64,000 nucleotides of DNA from the human T2T-CHM13v2.0 reference genome, Homo sapiens, in the NCBI RefSeq assembly GCF_009914755.1, contig NC_060947.1; one strand, 5' to 3'. The notes beneath the pieces were generated by a model. The model saw only the letters and a program-made list of their open reading frames with translations. It was not told the origin of the DNA and did no database searches. Positions 1 through 19,260 of the stretch are shown here, piece by piece. Numbering within the stretch: the first letter of the stretch is position 1; each line of letters begins with the position of its first letter. Made by a program: the position numbers and the translations under genes.

Positions 1-221
1 GCCTCTGCACTCCAGCCTGGGTAACAGAATAAGACTCAGTCTCAAAAAAACAAAAAACCAAAAAAACAGAGAAGCTTCACCTCATCAAAATTTTAAACTT
101 TTGTGCTTCAAAGGATACCTTCAAGAAAGAGGTGAAGACAACCTACAGGGGAGGAGAAAGTATGTGCCAAATCATATATGTGATAGGGGATGGTATCAAA
201 CTATATCAAGAACTCAATAAT

Positions 222-554
<333 letters not shown>

Positions 555-1008
555 TTAAAATAGGCAAAAGATCTGAATAGACATTTCTATAAAGAAGAAA
601 TCCAACAGACCAATAAACACATAAAAAGTTGTTCCACATCATTACTTATTGTGGAAATGCAAATCAAAACCACAATGAAATGCCACTTCATACCCTACAA
701 TAAAAAAAGACAGTAACAAGTGTTGACAAGCACATGAAGAAAACAGAACCCTCATACACTGCTAGTGGGAATGTAAAATGGTACAGCTGCTTTGGAACAC
801 AGTCTGGCAGTTCCTCAGTAAGTTAAACAGAGTTACCATATGATATCATCTACCTAAGAGAAATGAAAACATATGTCCACACAAAAACTTGTACAAGTGT
901 TCATAGCAGCACTATTCACAATACCCAAAGGTGGAAACAATCCAAATGTCTATCAACTGATGAATGGATAAACAAAATGTATTAGGTGTAATAGAATATT
1001 AATGGGAA

Positions 1009-1302
1009 GGCTGGGCACAGTGGCTCACACCTGTAATCCTAGCACTTTGGGAAGCCGAGGTAGGTGAATCATTTGAGGTCAGGAGTTCGAGACCAGCCTG
1101 GCCAACATGGTGAAACCCCATCTCTACTAAAAATACAAAAATTAGCCAGGCGTGGTAGTGGGTACCTAGAATCCCAGCTACTCAGGAGGCTGAGGCAGGA
1201 AAATCGCTTGAACCCAGGGGGCAGAGGGTGCAGCGAGCCAAGATGGCGCCACTTCACTCCAACCTGGGCGAAAGAGTGAAGCTCCATCTCAAAAAAAAAA
1301 AA
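1009..1302 (+). mobile_element. AluS
   Basis: Full-length Alu; TSD-like agaatatta(a/c)tggg on both sides. Confidence 0.95.
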
Positions 1303-1866
1303 GAATATTACTGGGCAATAAAAACGAATGGTGTCAGGTGTGGTGGCACACACCTATAATCTCAGTTACCCAGGAGGCTGAGGTGGGAGGATCACTTGAG
1401 CCCAGAAGTTCAAGGCTGCAGTGTGCTATGATCATGCCCATGAATAGCCACTGCCTGCTACCCTGGGCAATATAGCGAGGTCCCATCTCTAAAAATAAAA
1501 AATAATAAAAAAAAAGGAATGGAGTATTGATATATGCTACAACAAGGATGAACCATGAAGACATTATGCTAAGCGAAAGACGTCAGAGGAAAAGACTGCA
1601 TACTATATGATTTCATTTATATGAAATGTCCAGAAAATACAAAACTACAGAAACAGAAAATAGATTAGTGGTTGGGGCTGGGGCATAGGAACAGGATTGA
1701 CTGCAAATAAGCACAAGCAATCTTTCAGGGATGATGGTAATGAACTAAAATTGAGTTGTAATCAAGATTTTACAACTCTATAAATTTACTGAAAATCATT
1801 GACTTTTATATTATATTTGTAAAGTCTATGTTATATAAATTGTATCTCAATAAAATATGATGTCCT

Positions 1867-2536
<670 letters not shown>

Positions 2537-2546
2537 CTATACTTAC

Positions 2547-2623
2547 CCTCCCACCCCTCATTGTGTCCACTCTCATCTTTAGCCTGGCCTCCTGGGTTAA
2601 GAATCCCAGGAGAAAGTAAAGGC
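2547..2623 (-). other. Candidate 77-nt internal (5' UTR-type) exon
   Basis: Minus strand: ttttattgttgtcag| acceptor and AGG|GTAAGT donor in non-repetitive sequence; no transcript evidence. Confidence 0.35.
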
Positions 2624-2744
2624 CTGACAACAATAAAATGTAATAGCTGGTGACCTAAAGGTAAACAACGAATAAGAAAAACTAGGCCAAGAACTTCACT
2701 AAGTATAACGTATCTGGGGCCATCGTGGATTCAAATAGCTTCCT

Positions 2745-3045
2745 TTTTTTCTTTTTTTTGAGATAGGGCCTCACTCTGTTACCCAGGATGGAGTGCAGTG
2801 GAGCAATCATGGCTTCCTGCAGCCTTGACCTCCCTGGGATCAAGTGGTCCTCCCACCTCAGCATCCCGAGTAGCTGGGACTACAGGCGTGAGCCTCCACA
2901 CCTAGCTAACTTTTTGTATTTTTTTGTAGAGACAGGGTTTTGCCATGTTGCACTGGCTAGTCTCAAACTCCTGGGCTCAAGCAATCTGCCTTCATCACCC
3001 TCCCAAAGTGCTGGGATTATAGGCATGAGTCACCATGCCAGGCCT
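2745..3045 (-). mobile_element. AluJ
   Basis: Poly(T) start, reverse Alu; TSD-like aatag(c/t)ttc. Confidence 0.9.
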
Positions 3046-3090
3046 CAATAGTTTCTTGACTATGGTATATGTGGGGCCATCGTGGATCTT

Positions 3091-3120
3091 CACCATAAAA
3101 CAGTTTAAGAACACAGGCTC
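3091..3120 (+). mobile_element. MIR 5' piece (continues at 6513-6710)
   Basis: cagtttaagaacacaggctc resembles the MIR head GGTTAAGAGCACAGGCTC. Confidence 0.6.
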
Positions 3121-3425
3121 AGCCGGGCGCGGTGGCTCATGCCTGTAATCCTAGCACTTTGGGAGGCCGAGGAGGGTGGATCACGAGGTCAGGAGTTCAA
3201 GATCAGCCTGGCCAAGCTGATGAAACCCCGTCTTTACTAAAAATACAAAAATTAGCCGAGCATGGTGGCAGGCGCCTGTAATCCCAACTACTCGGGAGGC
3301 TGAGGCAGAGAATTGCTTGAACCCGGGAGGTGGAGGTTGCAGAGAGCCAAGATCGCACCACTGCACTCCAGCCTGAGCAACAGAGCAAGACTCCATCTCA
3401 AAAAACAAAAACAAACAAACAAACA
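3121..3425 (+). mobile_element. AluS with (CAAA)n tail
   Basis: Full-length Alu; TSD aagaacacaggctc (3107-3120) / aaaaacacaggctc (3426-3439). Confidence 0.95.
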
Positions 3426-3439
3426 AAAAACACAGGCTC

Positions 3440-3546
3440 GTGCTTGTTTTGGCAGCATATATACTAAAATTGGAATGATACAGAGAAGATTAGCACGGCC
3501 CCTGCACAAGGATGACATGCAAATTCGTGAAGCGTTCCATATTTTT
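3440..3546 (+). pseudogene. Full-length U6 snRNA retro-pseudogene (RNU6-type)
   Basis: 107 nt matching U6 with 8 substitutions (5 at CpGs); ACAGAGA box intact; no U6 promoter upstream (Alu tail instead). Confidence 0.95.
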
Positions 3547-3562
3547 AAATCCCAATATCCAC

Positions 3563-3855
3563 TTTTTTTTTTTGAGACAGGGTCTCACTCTGTCGCCCAG
3601 GCTTAATTGCAGTGGTGTGATCACGGTTCACTGCAGCCTTGACCTCCCAGGCTTAAGCGATCCTCCGACTTCAGCCTTTTGAGTAGCTGGGACTACAGGC
3701 ACGTGCCACCAAACTCCTAATTTTTAATTTTTTTTGTAGAGATGAGGTCAAGCCACATTGCCCCGGCTCCTCTCAAACTCCTGGGCTCAAGAGATTCTCC
3801 CTCCTTGGCCTCCCAAAGTGCTGGGATGACAGTCATGGGCCACCATGCCTGTCCC
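3563..3855 (-). mobile_element. AluJ inside the U6-chimera cargo
   Basis: Reverse Alu; TSD-like ccaa(t/a)atccacttt. Confidence 0.9.
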
Positions 3856-4055
3856 CAAAATCCACTTTTAAAGATAATTCCATTCTATTTATCTAGCAAC
3901 TTTGTAAATTAGAATAATTTAATTTAGCCTTGCAACTTAATAAAAAAAACTTTGGGCTTCAATATAAAAATATAAGTATTTTCTCTGGCAAAGGTGGGAA
4001 AATTCACATTTTCCATGAAAAACTAAGGAAATAACATTAATTAAAAGCAAATTCT

Positions 4056-5276
<1,221 letters not shown>

Positions 5277-5484
5277 TTAAATATATTTATCTAGAGTTAT
5301 TAAAACATACTCGGAATGAACTATTACCAAAGTGAATTCATATTTCCCAGAGTTTTAAAAATATTATTTTGGCAATTATAGGTACTGATGAGAAGAAATT
5401 AGAACCACAAAGAGGCGATTCTAGAAACAGCATTTTTCTTCTCTTATTTCCTATCCCAGATCCTTAGGAGTTGAACTACCTTCA

Positions 5485-5724
<240 letters not shown>

Positions 5725-5727
5725 TTA

Positions 5728-5829
<102 letters not shown>

Positions 5830-6209
5830 CTATAAATTCAGAAAGAAAAGAATAAAATAAATAGCATTATATTCATCTTGCAATCCCAATATAAATATAT
5901 AATTACAAAAACTTTCACTTAAACCTTTGTGTTTTTTATTTTTATATCTTATATTCCTATTTTCAATATATAAATTTAACTCAATGATATATATATATAC
6001 ACACACACATATGTGTGTGTATATATATATATGTTGTGTTTATAAATGTTCTGGGAACAAGATAGTATCTCAGTTAAACTTTGTAAATCACCTTGGGTGT
6101 TGAATATTTTCATTAATAATAGCTTTTGTGAACTTATTATTTTGGAATTCAAAATTAGCTGATCAGCCAAAAAAAAAAAAAAAAAAAAAAAAAGAACACA
6201 GGCTCGGTC

Positions 6210-6514
6210 GGCCGGGAGTGGTGGCTCACGCCTGTAATAATCCCAGCACCTGGGGAGACTGAGGCTGGCAGATTGCTTGAGCTCAGGAGTTCAAGACCAG
6301 CCTGGACAACATGGCAAAACCCTGTCTCTACAAAAAATAAAAAATTAGCTGGGTGTGGTATTGTGCGCCTGTAGTCCCCGCTACTTGAGAAGCTGAGGTG
6401 GGGACGATCACCTGAGCCCAGGGAGGTTGAGGCTGCAGTGAGCTGTGATCACACCACTGTACTCCAGCCTGGATCACAGAGTGAGACTCTGTCTCAAAAA
6501 AAAAAAAAAAAAAA
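6210..6514 (+). mobile_element. AluJ
   Basis: AluJ-type gaggttgaggctgcagtgagc; degenerate TSD aagaacaca.. Confidence 0.9.
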
Positions 6515-6710
6515 GAACACATGCCCTGGAGTGGGAGAAATCTGGAATCAAAGTTCTGCCTTTCAATCCTTGGAAGAGATTTCGGGCAAATTAGTTAACC
6601 TCAATCATTCTTCATTGCATTTGTGAAGTCTCACAGGACCAATATGAAAATACACATATAAAATATTTAGCACAGTGCCAGGCACAATATAATAATCAAT
6701 AAATGCAAGC
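6513..6710 (+). mobile_element. MIR main piece
   Basis: gggcaaattagttaacctc core and ttagcacagtgccaggcaca...caataaatg tail. Confidence 0.75.
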
Positions 6711-7091
6711 TTTTATTTTCTATGTCTCAAAAACCCCTAGGGACAGCACTATATTAAAGTACTATTCAACAATACTCCAGAAAACATTAAATGATTTTCA
6801 GGAGATTCTATTTAGGAAGGCAGAAAACCATATATTTTCTAAAGTTTTTCAGTAATGAACCATGTTGGCATTGCCAAAGGGATATGCTCCAGTGACCAGG
6901 ATAATATCTCTTCTACATTCAGCAATGTAGAAACATGGCCCAGTGAAAAAGTTTACAAAAATCAGGCCTCAAACCTGGAGTCTCTTACTAAGTTCACAGT
7001 TATATATAATTACCTACATGTAGCCATTTTTCCTTCATAAAATGATAAATACACTTATCTAAGCCCTAGGAATATATATAAAGACAACCGT

Positions 7092-7674
<583 letters not shown>

Positions 7675-8006
7675 TCATGTGGCTCAAATATCAAGTAAAG
7701 AGGTTTATAAAGGGCAGGCTCATTCCCAACTCTATCTCCCTTCCATTCAATTCCATTTGCCCCATCAACAGGTAACCACTCAACAGATTCTTGTGTATTC
7801 CTCCAGAATCTCTTTAGGCAAATTAACAAATATATGTTCTCTCCTTCACTATCTACACAAAAAGGAACACAGTACACACCAAGCTCTTTTTATAGTCATA
7901 GTAACTTAAGATACATGTTTTTCCTTTTCAGTACATATAAGTTTCTCATTCTTATTTTGTAGTATGCAATTGTTTGCTATTATAAATAACATTGTAGATT
8001 TCATTG

Positions 8007-8043
<37 letters not shown>

Positions 8044-8049
8044 CCCTGA

Positions 8050-8572
<523 letters not shown>

Positions 8573-8679
8573 TGATTTTTAACACTCTGATAAGTTTAAG
8601 CAAGGAATCTCAGTGTGGTTTCAATTAGCATTTATCCTACACATGAGGGCAAGCATCTTTCACATAAACAATCGTTAAA

Positions 8680-13990
<5,311 letters not shown>

Positions 13991-14409
13991 TCACGAGAAA
14001 AATATATCCCTGAAAGGGCATCAAAGCTCATTTCTGTAGTGAGTCAATCTCAACATTTGCCAAACCAAATCTCATAACAAGCTCTATCAAAACAATTAAA
14101 AATTGTATCAATTCTACTTTTAAAGCTTTAAAATTTCTGAATGAATGTCTTATAGATGTCTTTCAGTCATCAAATATCTCCTAACGGCATCATAAATGTT
14201 ATGATCTCAAACAAAGGTGGAAAAGACCCACTCGTTTGAAAGAATTCTGGCTTTTGGCCAAGAGACAAAATCGAGTATATCTGTAAATAGAGCTGGTCTA
14301 CTTATATTGAGAGACTGAGAAAGGAGGGGTTTTTTTCCTTATACACAATTCCTTCCCCACGAAAACATACACAAAAAATTTAAGCCCTCCAGGAACAACA
14401 GTTAACTGT

Positions 14410-14600
14410 GGCCTGTCAGGGAGGCGGAAGGAGGGGAGAGTACTAGGGAAAAGAGCCAACTCATGCTGGGCTTAATAGCTGGGTGATGGGTTGATAGGTG
14501 CAGCAAACCACCATGGCACGCGTTTATCTGTGTGACAAACCTGCACATCCTGCACATGTACCCCGGAACTTAAAAAATAATAAAATAATTATTTTTTTAA
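14410..14600 (+). mobile_element. L1PA 3'-end fragment
   Basis: ataggtgcagcaaaccaccatggcac...cctgcacatgtacccc plus A-rich tail. Confidence 0.85.
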
Positions 14601-14688
14601 AAATCAGTTAAATATGCTAATAAGTATTATTTAAAAATAAAAAAAATTAGGCCCTCTGTTAATTATTTTTATTTCAATTATCTGACTA

Positions 14689-14994
<306 letters not shown>

Positions 14995-16163
14995 TTATTT
15001 TCTTTACTTCTGCCTACTCTGGTTCTTTGCAGCCACTGGCTTTATCATTTACCGGCTCAGCAATGAACAATATAGTAAAAACAAAACTCTATGGAAGAAA
15101 GTTAAGTCAACACTACAGAAATCTAACTCCTAAAACTATAATTATTTAAGCAAATGTAAACTTGTGATATGAAGATCAACAATGGTCTAGAAGTCAGAAC
15201 TCCGGGGTTCACCACTTACTAGGGCATGTCTTGTTTTTCTGGGCTTCATTTCTTTTTCAGATAGAAGGAGAAAAATACCTTTCCTACCTGCCTCCCAACC
15301 AAAGTACCGTAATAAAATTATGTACAAGGTATGATAGAACTCTAAAGAGGGGGACCTAACCTAGCTTGGTGGAGGATGCTGGGAAAAGGAAGAAAGGGAA
15401 ACCAGGAAAGGCTTTCAGGAATAGCTGGTGACAAATGTTAAGTTTTAAAAGAATGAGTTCAAATTCTAGGGGAGGGGGAGAGAGAGCATTCCAGGTAGAG
15501 GGGGACATCAGAAGCAAAGGCAGAGAGAGAAACACCATAAATCTGTTTATGTTATTCCCCTTCTTAAACAATCAAGAGTTCCTAATTCACCCCAGCCTCA
15601 ACCTAAGATTCCAGCCTTATCTCATTCCATTCTCCAAATATACCATGCTTACACTTTCAAGACCCAAAATGTGAATGTCCTTCATCTAGAAACATCTAGT
15701 TCAAAACTGGGAGGCCGCCTTGCCTGGTTGAGTTAGTGCAACATTTCCAGGCTCTTACAGTGCCTTTATACTTCTACTGTACTATTTAATACATTAAGTA
15801 TTCATCTCAATCTGAGAGACTATGAACAGAATATGACCTTTTGTATTCAAACTGCGGGTAGCCTAAACAAGGATTACACTCTTTCCAATATCAAAGCAGA
15901 ATAAAAGAAAAACAGCATGGGAATGTTCTCAAGTTTGCAACATTTCCAAGAAAACTAAATATATATCAGTAAAATGTGTAAAAAATAATCACAAAAGATT
16001 AAAATCCATAACCGTTAATCTTGACCCAGAACAGAATGAGACCAGGACAAGACATCCTTATCAGAAGATAAGTATTCAGAGAACAAAATGTTCACGTAAT
16101 CTGTTGTAATTTAAACTCACACCAAAAAGCGAGTGCCAATTTTCAAAGATAAATTCGTAATGA

Positions 16164-16436
<273 letters not shown>

Positions 16437-17573
16437 TAAACTCATCAATCCAAAGGATAGAGACCGTCTTAAAAGACACCCGCTGCTCTGTCACATACTA
16501 AGACCTCTTCAAAAGTTCTCTTGGTATTACAACTTACTATAGATGAAAAACAGATAACGGTATCTCCAAAAATTGGATACAATCACTACTATGCAGAAGA
16601 TTTTCACAACTCAAAAGCTGTTTTATTCATATAATTGTCTCAATCAACAGTAACTCTTAAGAAAAAATAGCCATACTATTCGCATCTGTTTTGAGGGTTC
16701 AGTCTCATTTTAACAGTCTCTCAACCCCCAAGATACGGAGATACTCACGTGCAGGATTTCCACCCCCACCCCATTATATAAATGTTTCACCACTTTTAAC
16801 TAGTCAAACAAAACCTCTTTCAGTACAGTGAAGCCACCTCACCACTTTCATCCTCACCTATCATACCATCTCCTCCCCATCCCCAACCTGTCAGTCACAC
16901 AACACACACCACCCCTTCCCAAATAACACCTCAGAATCTCCTTGAGCCTAACACATTTACACAAGCCAGCAATATTTCTCACCCCATCCTGTCCCTCACA
17001 CATCAGCTGAACCTCTGAAATAAATCTACTCTTTCCTTCATCCTATTCCCATCAATACAACTGAACTTCCCACACCCGAAGCGATCTTCCCTTTCAGTAG
17101 CTTCAATCTCACTTAAGTGATCACTCAGTCCTTTGTCAACCGTCTCCTGTCCCCCTCCTGTATCCTCCTCACCTTCCCCGTCCCCTGGTCTTCCATCAGC
17201 TCCCAAAGTTGTCACCCCTCAACAACAACCAAAAAAAAAATCAAAAACAAAAAAGAAAACAAAACAAAAAACGCACCTCAGCCTCAAACCTGCCCTTCCC
17301 CACTTTCCCCCTGTTCATTTTCCTCTCCGCCTATTCAGCAGTTTCGACAGCCCCTTAGCCCGGAGCCCGGCCTCGTCCGGTACCGACTGGTGAAGGCACT
17401 CACCCTGCTTCGGTCAAGCCGCCCCCCGCTAGGGCGCTTACTCCTAACAGACTCTTGGCCGCCGCTGCCTCCCTCCATTCATCCCTGGCCCATTCATCTC
17501 TCAGCCCGATCCCAGACACGCCCCCCGGCCTCCTCCCTCTCTCCTAGCGCCCCGGCCGGCCCGGGACCCTCAC

Positions 17574-17900
17574 CAGATTAGAGGCTCTCGCAAAGGAAGA
17601 CTCTCTTACTCTTTTCGCTTCTCCCTCGCCCTCTCTCGAGCCTCCTCTCGCCCCACGACGAGCCACACCGTAGAATAGACACATACACACACACCGCCTC
17701 CTCCTCGATCGCCTCCTCCGATGCTTCTTACTCCTCTCCTCGATGTCTCGAGCTCCGCTCCGCGTCGTGTGCGCTTGCGCGCGCGAGCGTCTCCCCGCGA
17801 GCCCACCGGGCCAGCTACGGCCGGTAGGTAAAGAGCGGGCGGAGAGAGGGGAGCGGGGTACGAGCCCAAGCTCGCGCTCGGCCCGGAGCTGAGCAGACGC
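17574..17900 (-). other. WNK3: Non-coding first exon of a minus-strand gene; tentatively WNK3 (from memory of locus layout, unverified); TSS approximate
   Basis: CTG|GTGAGG donor at 17574/17573; GC boxes just upstream on the minus strand; intronic L1s and Alus biased antisense; no coding exon in the window to confirm identity. Confidence 0.5.
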
Positions 17901-18243
17901 ACGCGTACTCCAGCCAGGGAATTCGGACGGGTAGGAGAGAGGGGCGGAGGGGGGGCGGGGAAGGGAGGGGAGAACAGAAGAGGGGGAGGGGCGGAGAAAG
18001 CCAACGGAGCAGCCCCAACTCGGAACCGCCCCTATCGCAGCGAGGTGCCGAGTGGCCAGCCAACTAGAGTGCGCGCACGCCTCCCGCCCCCTTCGGCGCC
18101 GCGGGAGAGAGGGATGCGCGTCGAGGAGAAAGGCTTCTCCCCATTCCAAAGAGAAAATCTCTTAGAGGAAGCACGCGCGACATCTCCTGTGTGTTCCGAA
18201 GCGCTCTCGCTCTCTCTCAGCTGCTCTACCCTCTCCCCTCAGA

Positions 18244-18264
18244 GAAGAAGAAGAAGAAGAAGAA
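18244..18264 (+). repeat. (GAA)7 trinucleotide repeat
   Basis: Directly counted. Confidence 0.95.
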
Positions 18265-18416
18265 AAGTCCAAGCACACACTACTTCCTAGCCCCCCACTG
18301 CCCACCCTTGGGTCTCCGCGAGCCTCTGAATGCTGTAGCGCCGCTGTTAGGAGGTGGTACCCGCCGGCACCTTTTCGCCCGCCACCCCTGACTCCCTTTT
18401 TCCAACTCCCGGGATT

Positions 18417-18426
18417 TCTCGCGAGA
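18417..18426. promoter_or_regulatory. TCTCGCGAGA palindrome (CGCG element, BANP/ZBTB33-associated motif)
   Basis: Perfect 10-bp motif in the CpG island. Confidence 0.75.
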
Positions 18427-18676
18427 CCCATACCTGCCGGCTTTGGGATTAGAAGTCGAAGCACCGATTTACAAATACTGGCCTCCCAGTTACGTTGCGG
18501 GGGCAACAGCCACGGCATGTCTCCCCCGCCCCCCAGGACCGCAGTGCGCGCGCGCGGGGGCTGGGAAACGACCAAAGCAGGGATGGGAAAGGGAAGCTAT
18601 GAAACTGATTTTTGACGGCATGTAACCGCTAGGCCTGGGCACGTGCCCTGCGCCTCGCAGACGGGTGCGATGTACC

Positions 18677-18691
18677 CTGGGAATTGTAGTT
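18677..18691 (-). promoter_or_regulatory. ZNF143/THAP11-type motif
   Basis: Reverse complement AACTACAATTCCCAG. Confidence 0.75.
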
Positions 18692-18761
18692 TTTCTTCCC
18701 ACCTATGGTCCGACTCCCACCCTCAGTTTTACTTAGGCCTCTGACCGGGAGGGGGATTTCC

Positions 18762-18773
18762 GACGCCATTTTG
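18762..18773 (-). promoter_or_regulatory. YY1 motif
   Basis: GACGCCATTTTG = reverse complement CAAAATGGCGTC. Confidence 0.7.
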
Positions 18774-18922
18774 CCGGGAACAATGGCCCTCGGCCCTGAT
18801 GGTGGCAGGTGGGGGAGGGAGCAATGGTTTTAAGGGTTCGGTGAACCTCCTCGGCCCCTTGGTGCCATAGCAACCCCTTCAGAGACCTGGTCCCGCCCCC
18901 TCGCCGCCGCCAGGCTTCTAGA

Positions 18923-18935
18923 GCGCGCGCATGCG
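18923..18935. promoter_or_regulatory. NRF1-like motif
   Basis: GCGCGCGCATGCG. Confidence 0.6.
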
Positions 18936-19139
18936 GAAAGGCTGCCTCCCACTGAGACTGGCTCTCTGTGTCTCCCACCGGCCACCTCCTTGAAAAACTC
19001 CCAGATCCTCTAGCTGGTAGTGAATGCTGCCTCCTTCGAGCTTTCGGTACATGTTAGCCTCGGCGCAGCGGCTTCAAACTGCTTCCTGTGCTATGCCAGA
19101 AGCAGTATAGAATTGTTTCCGTCATTCTCCCATGAATAA

Positions 19140-19260
19140 TCCCGGCCCGACAGAGGAGGAAATTGAGGCTCAGGAGGGGAAATGGACATGAATTGCTCAA
19201 CTTCATACTATTTGTGGAGTTAGAACTTGAACCCAGGTGTGCTCACTCCAGAGCCGAGGC
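19140..19260 (-). mobile_element. MIR fragment
   Basis: acagaggaggaaattgaggctcag...agaacttgaacccagg...ctccagagcc. Confidence 0.7.

Larger units (their letters stand above)
17340..19080. promoter_or_regulatory. CpG island promoter
   Basis: Abrupt GC/CpG enrichment without Alus; GC boxes at 17941-17995; TCTCGCGAGA, ZNF143, YY1 and NRF1-like motifs. Confidence 0.92.

Noticed and set aside
3440-3546. U6 as a functional snRNA gene
   Set aside because: No upstream PSE/TATA (an Alu tail is there instead), CpG decay, and it lies inside a TSD-bounded insertion
16741-16800. CAC|GTGAGT donor with a weak upstream TAG acceptor (~51-nt exon, minus strand)
   Set aside because: Poor pyrimidine tract; such motifs arise by chance in long introns
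17544-18149. 201-aa and overlapping ORFs across the CpG island
   Set aside because: Low-complexity R/G/P/S-rich frames expected from stop-poor GC-rich DNA; non-ATG starts; no recognisable domain
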